Part shown: positions 39,665 to 49,197 of the stretch, in pieces
How positions within the stretch are numbered: the stretch's first letter is position 1
How the letters are laid out: every line of letters starts with the position of its first letter
DNA from: a bacterium
Lineage (GTDB): Bacteria > Patescibacteriota > Gracilibacteria > UBA1369 > GCA-2718715
Assembly: GCA_018662325.1 (NCBI GenBank)
Contig: JABJGM010000014.1
Coordinates: 8,237-72,236, forward strand
Length of the DNA: 64,000 nt
Direction: 5' to 3'
Translations under genes and position numbers: made by a program
The notes under the pieces: generated by a model
What the model was told of the DNA's origin: nothing
Databases searched by the model: none
The model's input: the letters and a program-made list of their open reading frames with translations, nothing else

Positions 39665-40918
39665 TTATAAATTTAAAAATTCCTTAACAACATTCATATC
39701 GGAATACTTAATTAATTTACCATTTACAGCCATCACCTCTTCCCCTGCTTTACCTAAAATTAAAATTAATGAATTTGAATCAGAAATCTCAAAGGCTTTT
39801 AAAATAGCTTTTTTTCTATCAACCTCAATAAAGCATTTATCTTTATTAAAGACACCCTCTGCAATTTGATTTGCAATCTCTATAGGGTCATCATCGTAAG
39901 GGTCATCAGAAGTTAAAATAATTTTGTTTGCATACAAATCAGCCACTCTACCCATCTTAGGTCTTTTGTAAACATCTCTACCACCACCAGTAGCACCAAA
40001 AACAACAGTTATGTCTTTTTCAAGTTGTACATGAAAAAATTTTAAAATATTTTCCATAGAATCATCACTATGCGCATAATCTAAAACAATCTCAAAATCT
40101 TTAGAAGTTACATAATCAAATCTACCTTTAACTGGACTTAAACTTGATACAACAGATAAAACATTTTCTTTAGAAAAACCTAAGTCTAAAAGTTGATAAT
40201 AAATTCCTAATAAATTATTTAAATTCAACTCAGATATAAGTTTAGATTTGATTTCTTCTCCAAATAATTCAAATTTAGTAAAACCAACTCCAAACTCAAC
40301 ATCTTTTAAATTACCAGCTTTCTCTAATGTATTTTTTCCATATACCAAAGCTTTCAAATCATCAGGTAATAAAGTATTACAATTTTCATTACAAAAGAAT
40401 TTAGACTTAGAATTCTGAAGAATATTTCTTATGATATTAAATTTAACTTCCCAATATTTTATTTTCGAACCATGATACTCTACATGATCTGCCATCAAAC
40501 TTGTTAAATTTATTTGTCTAAACTTAATACCTTTTAGCCTTTGCTGAACATAAGCATGAGATGAATACTCAAGTACAATGTATTTCACAGATGCTTTTTT
40601 ACAATCTTTTAAAAACTTTAGGAATATATTTATATCAAGAGTAGTCATTTTAGATTTGTTCGGATAAAGATTGTTATTAATTGCCATATTAACTGTAGAT
40701 ACCAAAGCAACTTTTTCACCTAAACCCAACAAAGATTGATACATTAAATTAGCACAAGAAGACTTACCATTAGTACCCGTATAGCCTATAAAAACAAATT
40801 CTTCAGTCAAACCATGAAATCTTAATTTTGAAATTATGTACTTTAAGTAAAAATACAACTGAAACAAAATTGAATCATGGTTTAAAAATAATTTAATGAA
40901 TTTTTTAATTTTACTCAT
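39665..40918 (-). CDS. murE: Mur ligase, MurE-like
   Basis: TGTNGKSS, EYSSH, DHVEYH, GRF, DYAH, VFGATGGGRD, SDDPY. Confidence 0.85.
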   Translation of the reverse strand: MSKIKKFIKLFLNHDSILFQLYFYLKYIISKLRFHGLTEEFVFIGYTGTNGKSSCANLMYQSLLGLGEKVALVSTVNMAINNNLYPNKSKMTTLDINIFLKFLKDCKKASVKYIVLEYSSHAYVQQRLKGIKFRQINLTSLMADHVEYHGSKIKYWEVKFNIIRNILQNSKSKFFCNENCNTLLPDDLKALVYGKNTLEKAGNLKDVEFGVGFTKFELFGEEIKSKLISELNLNNLLGIYYQLLDLGFSKENVLSVVSSLSPVKGRFDYVTSKDFEIVLDYAHSDDSMENILKFFHVQLEKDITVVFGATGGGRDVYKRPKMGRVADLYANKIILTSDDPYDDDPIEIANQIAEGVFNKDKCFIEVDRKKAILKAFEISDSNSLILILGKAGEEVMAVNGKLIKYSDMNVVKEFLNL

Positions 40919-41273
40919 ACAAAGATCTTATTTGTAACAAATCTAGCTTAATTTGTTTTTGCAAATCTTTCAAGCTTGAAAACTTAAGCAATGATCTTAT
41001 AAAATCTAAAACTTCAAAATCTAAAGAATCTAAACTCAAAGAGAAATCATCGAAATTTAAAATATGAAACTCTAAAGAAACAATATTATCAACAGACTTT
41101 TTAGGACCATAATGCATAGCTGCTAACATTTTTTTTGAACCAATAAAAACATAAGCAGCATATACACCATAACTAATATCCATGTTTAACTTATCTAAAG
41201 AAAGATTAATAGTTGGGAATCCAATCTCTCTACCAAGCTGATTACCTTTTATAACTTTTGCATTATGTATCAC
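40911..41273 (-). CDS. Stand-alone riboflavin kinase
   Basis: GREIGFPTINL, GVY, EFHILNF, FIR; no adenylyltransferase domain. Confidence 0.88.
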   Translation of the reverse strand: MIHNAKVIKGNQLGREIGFPTINLSLDKLNMDISYGVYAAYVFIGSKKMLAAMHYGPKKSVDNIVSLEFHILNFDDFSLSLDSLDFEVLDFIRSLLKFSSLKDLQKQIKLDLLQIRSLYE

Positions 41274-41902
41274 TAGAAAAAATCAGATAATTTATAGTTT
41301 AAAACACCAGATTTAGATTCTAACTCAACAAGTCCGTAACCTTTATTATTACGTCTTACATACATTAAATTATAACGATCTGTATCATTATTCACAAAAA
41401 CAAAAAAAGTATGATCCAACTCAAGCATAGCCTTAAGAGCTTCTAACGCTGACATTGGTATTAAATCAGAAAAAACTTTTCTTTTAGTAATTTTTTTAAG
41501 CAAATCTTTATCTGATTTTTCTGGAACATCATAAATTTCTTGCAACATTGGTGCTTTAATCTCAGATTTTTTTAACTTAGCATCTATTAATATTCTTTTT
41601 CTACCAGCATGTTTAGTTTTATACTTAGAAATCTGTTTAGACAACTTAGAGGCTAACTTTTTAACCGCAACTTCTAATTTAGGATCAGTACTTTCGGCTC
41701 TCATATCCAAACCAGGGATAATTAAAAGAGCAGATAAAACAAATGTATGTTTTAAACTTCCACTTCTTACTGAAACTTTAACAGACACAGATTCATCTGT
41801 AAGTTTACTACATTGATTTTCCAATGAACTCATCTGCATTTCAATATAATCTCGATGATGATTTGATAAATCAACTTGATTTGCAACAATTTGTATTTTC
41901 AT
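41273..41902 (-). CDS. hpf: Long ribosome hibernation promoting factor
   Basis: N-terminal S30AE domain plus C-terminal PMS..EAL..M..LDH.FFVF.N...Y.R...YGL. Confidence 0.88.
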   Translation of the reverse strand: MKIQIVANQVDLSNHHRDYIEMQMSSLENQCSKLTDESVSVKVSVRSGSLKHTFVLSALLIIPGLDMRAESTDPKLEVAVKKLASKLSKQISKYKTKHAGRKRILIDAKLKKSEIKAPMLQEIYDVPEKSDKDLLKKITKRKVFSDLIPMSALEALKAMLELDHTFFVFVNNDTDRYNLMYVRRNNKGYGLVELESKSGVLNYKLSDFF

Positions 41903-41907
41903 AAAAT

Positions 41908-42567
41908 TTAGTTAAATCCACTTAATAATTCCTTAAACTTAGCAACCGGATCACTAGCTTTTGTTATTGCAGAAGCAACTAAAATACCATCAGCACCTAA
42001 ACTTAAAGATTTTTTAACATCCAATGATGTTTTGATACCAGCTCCGACTAAAACAGGAATTTCCAAAAATTCAGCCATTTCTTTGATTTCATGTGGATTA
42101 CTCGATGCAACTGAAATATTACCACCAATTAAATCCCTATCTTCAAAACAAATGAAAGTAGGTTCGTAAACGGTAAATTTTCTAGCCTCTTGTAGTGAAT
42201 CAACACACAAAAAACTTTGAAGATAATTTCTTTTACATGCCTCAATAGATTTTACAATTTCTTCATCAGATAAAAGTTTTTCAGAATGGTGAATCAAGGA
42301 ACCATCACAATCAGCAAGCATTAAACTTTCAGCAACAATCGAACCGGTAGATGGTCCAGGCATACCACCATCAACGTGTTGTGAGATCACAGCACAATCT
42401 AACTTTCTTGAATAAGAATCAATCACAACAGGATTTACAGCCAACACTAAGCTCACATGAGATTTCTTAGCAGCTTCATCTAATTTCAAAGCTAAGTCAA
42501 ACCCAGCTTTACCCAAAGTAGATGAATAATTTTTAAAATTAATTAGGAAAATTGGAGTTTTTATCAT
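41908..42567 (-). CDS. tpiA: Triosephosphate isomerase, short archaeal type
   Basis: INFKNY, QHVD, TGS, HSEK, E...IGG, VLVGAGI, GILVAS; 219 aa. Confidence 0.88.
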   Translation of the reverse strand: MIKTPIFLINFKNYSSTLGKAGFDLALKLDEAAKKSHVSLVLAVNPVVIDSYSRKLDCAVISQHVDGGMPGPSTGSIVAESLMLADCDGSLIHHSEKLLSDEEIVKSIEACKRNYLQSFLCVDSLQEARKFTVYEPTFICFEDRDLIGGNISVASSNPHEIKEMAEFLEIPVLVGAGIKTSLDVKKSLSLGADGILVASAITKASDPVAKFKELLSGFN

Positions 42568-42610
42568 ATATTTTAGACTAGTAATATCATTATATCAGTA
42601 AATATTTTTT

Positions 42611-43492
42611 ATGGAAATCATTCTAGTCCATGGAGACAATGAAAGCCAAATCAAGCAAGTTGTACTTCAATGGAAAGAGAACTTTAAAAAGAAATTTGAA
42701 AATTCTGAAATAGAAAGTCATGAAAATTTAAACTTTAAACAAATTTTAAATCTTGCTTTAAAAACAGATATGTTTGCAAGTAAAAAACTGATAATTATCA
42801 AAAACTCAATTTCAAACATAGCAAAAGAAAATTTCAATAAAATCTTTGAAATCGAAAGCCAAGATATTTTCTTGTTTGTAGAATATTCATCAGTAAGAAA
42901 AAATTTAAAAGTATTTAAAGAAATACAAAAAAATCATAAAACATACACTTACTTAATTAAAGATTTCGATTTAAAAAAACATATTCAACAAAAATTCAAA
43001 GAAAATAACAAAACAATCAACCCTCTAAACTTAAATCTATTAGCTAAAAAACTACAAAATCAAATTAACAACGCCAGCAATGAAATTCAAAAACTTTGCC
43101 TTTTAGATAGCCAAGAAGTTACCAAAAATGATATAGACCAGCATATAGTTGCAAACTTAGAAACTTCAATTTTCGAATTAACCAATAATCTATTCCAGAA
43201 TAAAACAAATTACTTACAAACTCTTAACAATTTAAAAAAAGAAAACATAGAAGAGATTTACCTTATTAACATGCTAATCTGGCAACTAAAAACACTCAGC
43301 CAAATCAAACTTAATGATACCAAAAGTTTAAATCCTTTTGTTGTAAGAAATAACTCTCAAATTGCAAAGCAAATTACAACAAATGATTTACATGATACTT
43401 TGAAAAAATTAATTGAAATCGAATATAAAATTAAAACAGGTAAAATAAAAACTAGGCAAGAAAGCTACCAATACCTTCAATACCTAGTCTGA
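42611..43492 (+). CDS. holA: DNA polymerase III delta subunit
   Basis: LVHGD, DMFASKKLIIIK, NEIQKL, IFEL, NPFVV, EYKIKTG. Confidence 0.85.
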   Translation: MEIILVHGDNESQIKQVVLQWKENFKKKFENSEIESHENLNFKQILNLALKTDMFASKKLIIIKNSISNIAKENFNKIFEIESQDIFLFVEYSSVRKNLKVFKEIQKNHKTYTYLIKDFDLKKHIQQKFKENNKTINPLNLNLLAKKLQNQINNASNEIQKLCLLDSQEVTKNDIDQHIVANLETSIFELTNNLFQNKTNYLQTLNNLKKENIEEIYLINMLIWQLKTLSQIKLNDTKSLNPFVVRNNSQIAKQITTNDLHDTLKKLIEIEYKIKTGKIKTRQESYQYLQYLV

Positions 43493-43507
43493 AATAAAAA
43501 TATAAAT

Positions 43508-45187
43508 TTATTTTCTTTGAGTTTTCACAACCCCTTTCTCAATTTGAGCATCAACTAATCTACCATCTAAGGTTAAATTTGGATAATCTCCAATGATTTT
43601 TGCAGGCTTAGTAAAATCTCGTACAACAAATGAAGATCTATCAGAATCATCAGAAATATCAAAGCATTGATTTAAAAAATTATTTTGAGTATTTAAAGAA
43701 TTTAACTCCGGATAAACATATATTCCATCTTCAAAAGTAACCATCATAAGTCCTGGAGTATATTTAACGCTAATTCCTTTTAGAATTGTAGACATCATAG
43801 ATCTAAAGTTTTCATCTTGTGAATTCTCTCTAATGAACTGAGTTAAATGGTTAGGTGTTAAATTAACTCTTCCTATTTGGTCTAAATTTTTTCCACCAAT
43901 TAAAACTTCTGATTCGCTAAATCTTCTAACATCAGCTACTTCAGTTTTTCCATTTTCATAAGATCCTTTTTGTTCTACACAATCAGAAACTCCTATCAAA
44001 TCTGATTGATTTCCTAGACCAAGTCCTGGAAATTCATTTCGATTCGTACTTGCAGTATAAACAGTTGGCTTTGCTACATTTGAAACTAAAAATGCAGATT
44101 TAGAACCTGTATTCTCAGCACTACCACTTGCATAATTTGTACCAAGCAACGGATATTCCCTTAGTTCTCCAGAAGCTGAATCTATCAAAACAAGTTTATT
44201 TTTTGAAATCACATAACTTTTTCCTTTTAATTCTTTTCTTAACGTATCTAATGAATTTGGATCCTTGAAATTCAATTCATTTATTACGGCAACTAAGTTG
44301 TCAACTTGTAGAAGAGCTTCAATTTCAGATCTAAAATCTTCAGTCATCGCTAAAGGCTCTTTTTTCAAAGAAACAACTCCTTTATCAATTTCAGCATCAA
44401 CCAATCTACCATCTAAGGTTAAGTTTGGATAATCTCCAGTAATTTTTGCAGGCTTTGAAAAATCTCTTATTACAAACGATGATTTTTCACTATCTTCAGA
44501 CAAAGTAAAAAATTGCCTTAAACTTGTAGCATGCGTTATATTTTGTGTATTGAAAGAGTTTAACTCAGGATAAACATATATTTCATCATCAAAAGTTACC
44601 ATCATAACCCCTGGAATATATTTAACATCCATTCCTTTTAAGATTGTAGACATCATAGATCTAAAGTTTTCATCCTGTGAATTCTCTCTAATGAACTGTG
44701 TTAAATGATTAGGTGTTAAATTAAACCTTCCTATTTGATCTAAAGTTTTACCGCCAATTACAACCTCGGATTCTTTAAATCTTCTAACATCTGCTACTTC
44801 AGTCACTCCTTTTTCATAAGATCCTTTTTGTTCTACACTAGCAGAAGCTCCAACCAAATCTGATTGATTTCCTAGACCAAGTCCTGGAAATTCACCTAGA
44901 TCAGTACTCGCATTATAAACTGTTGGCTTTTCTACACGCGAAACTAAAAATGCAGATTTAGAACCTGTATTCTGAGCCCTACCACTTGCATAATTTGTAC
45001 CAAGCAATGGATATTCTCTTAGATCTCCAGAATCTGAATCTATTAAAATAAGTTTATTTTTTGAGATCAAATAACGTTGTCCTTTTAATTCTTTTCTTAA
45101 CGCATCTAAAGAATTTGGATCTTTAAAATTCAATCCATTTATTATACCAACAAATTTGTCTATTTTTATTTGTTTTTCAATGTTCAT
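43508..45187 (-). CDS. Orphan protein made of two tandem ~285-aa repeats
   Basis: LNFKDPNSLD...KGVV unit present twice, offset 858/846 nt. Confidence 0.9.
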   Translation of the reverse strand: MNIEKQIKIDKFVGIINGLNFKDPNSLDALRKELKGQRYLISKNKLILIDSDSGDLREYPLLGTNYASGRAQNTGSKSAFLVSRVEKPTVYNASTDLGEFPGLGLGNQSDLVGASASVEQKGSYEKGVTEVADVRRFKESEVVIGGKTLDQIGRFNLTPNHLTQFIRENSQDENFRSMMSTILKGMDVKYIPGVMMVTFDDEIYVYPELNSFNTQNITHATSLRQFFTLSEDSEKSSFVIRDFSKPAKITGDYPNLTLDGRLVDAEIDKGVVSLKKEPLAMTEDFRSEIEALLQVDNLVAVINELNFKDPNSLDTLRKELKGKSYVISKNKLVLIDSASGELREYPLLGTNYASGSAENTGSKSAFLVSNVAKPTVYTASTNRNEFPGLGLGNQSDLIGVSDCVEQKGSYENGKTEVADVRRFSESEVLIGGKNLDQIGRVNLTPNHLTQFIRENSQDENFRSMMSTILKGISVKYTPGLMMVTFEDGIYVYPELNSLNTQNNFLNQCFDISDDSDRSSFVVRDFTKPAKIIGDYPNLTLDGRLVDAQIEKGVVKTQRK

Positions 45188-45211
45188 ATTTTATTGTTTT
45201 ACATTCAATAA

Positions 45212-45240
45212 ATTATAACATCAAACACGATAAAAGTCAA
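45212..45240 (-). promoter_or_regulatory. Strong sigma70 promoter of the orphan repeat gene
   Basis: TTGACT (45240-35), 17 nt, TGtTATAAT (TATAAT at 45217-12). Confidence 0.75.
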
Positions 45241-45246
45241 AGAAGA

Positions 45247-46701
45247 CTATCCTAAATCTGGAGTTTGTTTGTAGAATTCAGTTTCTTCTTCGTACTTATG
45301 TCCTACTTTAAATAATCTATCTTCACAACCATGTGGAGCGATAATTTGAAGTCCAATTGGAAGCCCATCAGAGTTAAATCCAGCTGGAACAGAAATTCCA
45401 CAAAGACCAGCTAATGCTGATGGAGTAAGTAAAGCATCAACAGTATACATAGTTACGGGATCTTGTGATTTCTCACCTACTTTAAACGGAGAGATCGGAC
45501 ACACTGGGCCAACTAAAACATCAACTTCTTGAAAAACTTTTTTAAAGTCTTCAATAATTAAAGTTCTTACCTTTTGAGCTTTTAAATAATAAGACTCATA
45601 ACTGTCTGCTGAAAGTACCATTGAACCAACTAAAATTCTTCTTTTCATTTCAATCCCAAAACCTTCACTTCTTGAATCTAAATAGATGTCTAAAAGCTCC
45701 TTAGGTTCATTTTTAGACCGTCTACCGAATCGAATAGAATCGTATCTTTCCATATTAGTAGAGACTTCAGAAGGATTAACAATATAATAAACAGCAACTC
45801 CATATTTAGTCATTGGTAAACTTACCTCTTTAATAACTGCACCTTTTGATTCTAAAACCTTAATAGCAGCCTCAACTTTTTCTTTTACTTGTACATCAAC
45901 CGTATCATCCATATATTCTTTTGGAACTCCAATTCTTAGGCCAGAAATATCTTCACCACAGAACTTTGTATAATCTTCGATTTGGTTCGCAAAAGTAGTT
46001 GAGTCTTCTTTTGAAAGTCCAGCTGTAGCATTTAAAACTAGAGCTGAGTCATATACAGTTTTTGTTAAGTGTCCAATAGAATCTAAACTAGAAGCCATTG
46101 ATAAAACTCCACTTCTTGAAACTCTACCATAACTTACCTTTAACCCTACGGCATTACAAAAACTTGCAGGCTGACGAATCGATCCACCAGTATCTGTACC
46201 CATTGCAAAAACACCAAAATCTAGTGGAATTAAAGCTGCTGAACCTCCAGATGAACCACCTGAAACACAAGTAGTATCATAAGGATTTAAAGTTGGACCA
46301 TAAATTGAGGTTTCACTAGAAGCGCCACATGTAAATTCATCTGTGTTAACCATACCAAGACTAACAGCACCTGATTTTTTTAACTTTGAAACAACTTCTG
46401 CATCAAAGCTTGGCTTGAATCCTTCAAGTAATTTTGAAGAAGCAGTCACAAAATTGTCTTTATGAATAAAATTATCCTTTAATCCATAAGGAATACCATT
46501 TAAGATTTGACCTTCTTGAAACTGCATATCTTTGAAATTCTGCATCGAAGTTTCACGATCAAAATTAACAAAAACATTAAATTGTTGATTGTGTTTTTCG
46601 ATACGATCTAAATAAGCACTAAAAACTTCTTCTTTTGATATTTTTTTAGATGCGTAACTTTCTAATAAACTTTTAATTGTAAAATTTTCTAACATTGTCA
46701 T
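45247..46701 (-). CDS. gatA: Asp/Glu-tRNA amidotransferase subunit A
   Basis: KDN, GGSSGGSAA, GTDTGGSIRQPA, YYLKAQKVR. Confidence 0.97.
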   Translation of the reverse strand: MTMLENFTIKSLLESYASKKISKEEVFSAYLDRIEKHNQQFNVFVNFDRETSMQNFKDMQFQEGQILNGIPYGLKDNFIHKDNFVTASSKLLEGFKPSFDAEVVSKLKKSGAVSLGMVNTDEFTCGASSETSIYGPTLNPYDTTCVSGGSSGGSAALIPLDFGVFAMGTDTGGSIRQPASFCNAVGLKVSYGRVSRSGVLSMASSLDSIGHLTKTVYDSALVLNATAGLSKEDSTTFANQIEDYTKFCGEDISGLRIGVPKEYMDDTVDVQVKEKVEAAIKVLESKGAVIKEVSLPMTKYGVAVYYIVNPSEVSTNMERYDSIRFGRRSKNEPKELLDIYLDSRSEGFGIEMKRRILVGSMVLSADSYESYYLKAQKVRTLIIEDFKKVFQEVDVLVGPVCPISPFKVGEKSQDPVTMYTVDALLTPSALAGLCGISVPAGFNSDGLPIGLQIIAPHGCEDRLFKVGHKYEEETEFYKQTPDLG

Positions 46702-46704
46702 AAC

Positions 46705-46992
46705 TTATAAAATAGAATTTGTTTGAATTTGATTTTCAACTTTTGGAAATTTCGAACAATTTAAAAGTTGATCTGGAGTAACTTTTGAAACTATAACTTC
46801 GTCTTCAAAAAGTACATCTTCAATTCCAGAAACCTGGTAGGTAGGCTCAACGCCTTGGGTATCAACACTGTTTAAAATATCTAAATACTCAAATATCCCA
46901 GCAAGGTCTTTTTGCATTTTTAAAACTTCATCTTCAGTAAGTTTTAACTTACTTAAAACTGCTAATTTTAAAACAAGGTCTTTGTCTAACAT
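46705..46992 (-). CDS. gatC: Asp/Glu-tRNA amidotransferase subunit C
   Basis: KLAVLSKL...LNSVDTQGVEPT; directly upstream of gatA. Confidence 0.92.
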   Translation of the reverse strand: MLDKDLVLKLAVLSKLKLTEDEVLKMQKDLAGIFEYLDILNSVDTQGVEPTYQVSGIEDVLFEDEVIVSKVTPDQLLNCSKFPKVENQIQTNSIL

Positions 46993-47052
46993 AAATTCTG
47001 CTTATATTTAAATTTAATTTACTAAATTATTAATAAAATGTAAACTTAGAAT

Positions 47053-47328
47053 ATGAAAAACACAAAACTATTTTTAAGAAATCTGCACGAAATAACATTC
47101 TATATATTTTACTTTTGTAGCGTTTTATTCTTCGTTAATCTTATTTATCTTAACAATAGTTACTTAAACGAAATACTCAATTATCCTCTCTTTATTGTAT
47201 TTGCAATAATGATGCAATCAGAATTCCTAATGAAAAATACAGAAATTGAGAAAAATATATTAAATAAACTAGCTATATTAAACGTTTTTGTGATAGTATT
47301 GCTACTTATAATTGACATAACATATTAA
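47053..47328 (+). CDS. Small membrane protein (about 3 TM)
   Basis: Hydrophobic 91-aa ORF heading an apparent operon. Confidence 0.65.
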   Translation: MKNTKLFLRNLHEITFYIFYFCSVLFFVNLIYLNNSYLNEILNYPLFIVFAIMMQSEFLMKNTEIEKNILNKLAILNVFVIVLLLIIDITY

Positions 47329-47329
47329 A

Positions 47330-47740
47330 TTGAAAGTACTAACATTTGGAAATTTTGATTTCATACATCCAGGACACATTCATTATTTAAACTTTGCAAA
47401 AAAGCAAGGATCAAAACTATTTACGGTAGTTGCGTCAGATGAAATTTCAGAAAAAATCAAACAAAGAAAAAATGTTTTTAATCAAAATCAAAGAATACAA
47501 CAAATTAAAAGATTAAAAATATCAGATGAGGTTTTAAAAGGATCCAATAAAAATCCATTTCAAATTTTAATTCAAATTAAACCTGATATAATTGTATTAG
47601 GATATGATCAAAAAGCTCCAATTAAGAACATAAAAGATTTACTTCCAAATTCCAAAATTATAAGAGCACCAGAGTTTAAAAGCTATGCCTTTAAATCAAG
47701 TCTAATTAAAAAAAATGTATTCAATACTTCAAGCCTTTAA
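47330..47740 (+). CDS. Cytidylyltransferase-family nucleotidyltransferase, RibL/FAD-synthase-like
   Basis: FGNFDFIHPGH, VVASD, KPDIIVLGYDQ, KSSLIK. Confidence 0.8.
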   Translation: MKVLTFGNFDFIHPGHIHYLNFAKKQGSKLFTVVASDEISEKIKQRKNVFNQNQRIQQIKRLKISDEVLKGSNKNPFQILIQIKPDIIVLGYDQKAPIKNIKDLLPNSKIIRAPEFKSYAFKSSLIKKNVFNTSSL

Positions 47741-48590
47741 AAACATATTTCAAAATAAATTCATAAGCTTTATAAGTGTTTTATCGATTGCTTTAGTTTT
47801 CACATTTATAAATCTAATAAGTAGTATAAATTACTATTCTTTAGATTTTATTGAAAGTTCATCAAGTAAAATAGAGAATCAAATTTATCTAAAAAATACG
47901 GAACCAGAAAACTTAAATTTAATATCAGAATTTTTATATAAATACGAAAATATTGCGTTCAATGTAATTAACGAAAAAGAAGGTTTAGAAAATCTAAGTC
48001 AAAAATATCCAAACTTAGAAAGTTTCTTAGTGAAAAATAAAATTTCAAATCCACTACCACTAACAATTGTAATTCAATCAAAAGATCTTACGACATTTGC
48101 TTCAATAAAAAATCAAATATCAAAAAACTTTCCAGAAAACTATGATAAAACCTTAAACTCAAAAACAAATGCTAGTTTAAATCCAATAATTAAAAACCTT
48201 TTAATTTTTCAAAATTTAAGTAATAAAATCTTAATATTCAGTACCCTTAGTTTAATAATTATATCAACATTAATATTAATAATTTCAATTCGCAATAACT
48301 TTCATACTCGAAAAAACGAAATCCAAATAATGCAGATGTTAGGAGCTAAATATTCCAAAATTCAAAATCCAATCATAGTAGAAAGCAATATTATAATATT
48401 GACTGGTTTATTCATAGGGTTTTATATAGCTTTTTATTTAACAAGATTGCTTTCCATTCAAATAGATAAAAACATAATTAATAAATTTATTGGAGCCGAA
48501 ATTATAGTTTCTATATTAATTGCAAGCTTATTGAGTATAATAATTTGTAAAAAACAACTTAAAAAAGAAAGATTAATTCATGACTTATAA
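47715..48590 (+). CDS. ftsX: FtsX-like permease
   Basis: N-terminal TM, NPLP, RKNEIQIMQMLGA...I..P...E, three C-terminal TM. Confidence 0.8.
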   Translation: MYSILQAFKNIFQNKFISFISVLSIALVFTFINLISSINYYSLDFIESSSSKIENQIYLKNTEPENLNLISEFLYKYENIAFNVINEKEGLENLSQKYPNLESFLVKNKISNPLPLTIVIQSKDLTTFASIKNQISKNFPENYDKTLNSKTNASLNPIIKNLLIFQNLSNKILIFSTLSLIIISTLILIISIRNNFHTRKNEIQIMQMLGAKYSKIQNPIIVESNIIILTGLFIGFYIAFYLTRLLSIQIDKNIINKFIGAEIIVSILIASLLSIIICKKQLKKERLIHDL

Positions 48591-49197
48591 ATTCAAAGAA
48601 ATAAAGATATTAATCTTAAAAAAAATACCTCATCTAGAGAAAAACTGCTATTTACAATGCATATCAAGCAAAGGTGAGCATATTAAAATTTTTTTAAAAA
48701 ATGGATTAACAAGCAAAAAGTTTTGTATATTAGAACCTGGTAATACATTTTCAATAGACACTTTTCACAAAAATGAAAAAATATATTTAAATAAATTTGA
48801 ATTAATAAAATACAGACCAGAACTAAAAAACTATCAATCACATAAAACTCTTGCTACGACTTTAAACTTAACAAATAAAATATTTCAAAACAAAGAATTT
48901 TCACCAAAAATCTACAGTTTTGTAAGCGCAACAATCCATAGTGAATTTATAGACAACCAAAACTATTTAATTTACTTTCTTATAAACATATTATTCATAG
49001 AAGGTTTTATAGATTTCAAGAGTAATAAGAATCAAAATTTAAACAAGTTAATATTTTATGCAAGTCAAACAAAACATGAAAACTTCAAAAAAATACAAAT
49101 AGCATTTCAACTAGAAAAAGACATCAAAAACTTTATAAACCAAATCCTAGAAGATAACTTTAATTTACCTTCGATACAGAGGTTACTCCAGCAATAG
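48580..49197 (+). CDS. recO: DNA repair protein RecO (divergent)
   Basis: IL.K.P..E.....S..G...I OB-fold start, LEP, helical C-terminus. Confidence 0.6.
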   Translation: MTYKFKEIKILILKKIPHLEKNCYLQCISSKGEHIKIFLKNGLTSKKFCILEPGNTFSIDTFHKNEKIYLNKFELIKYRPELKNYQSHKTLATTLNLTNKIFQNKEFSPKIYSFVSATIHSEFIDNQNYLIYFLINILFIEGFIDFKSNKNQNLNKLIFYASQTKHENFKKIQIAFQLEKDIKNFINQILEDNFNLPSIQRLLQQ

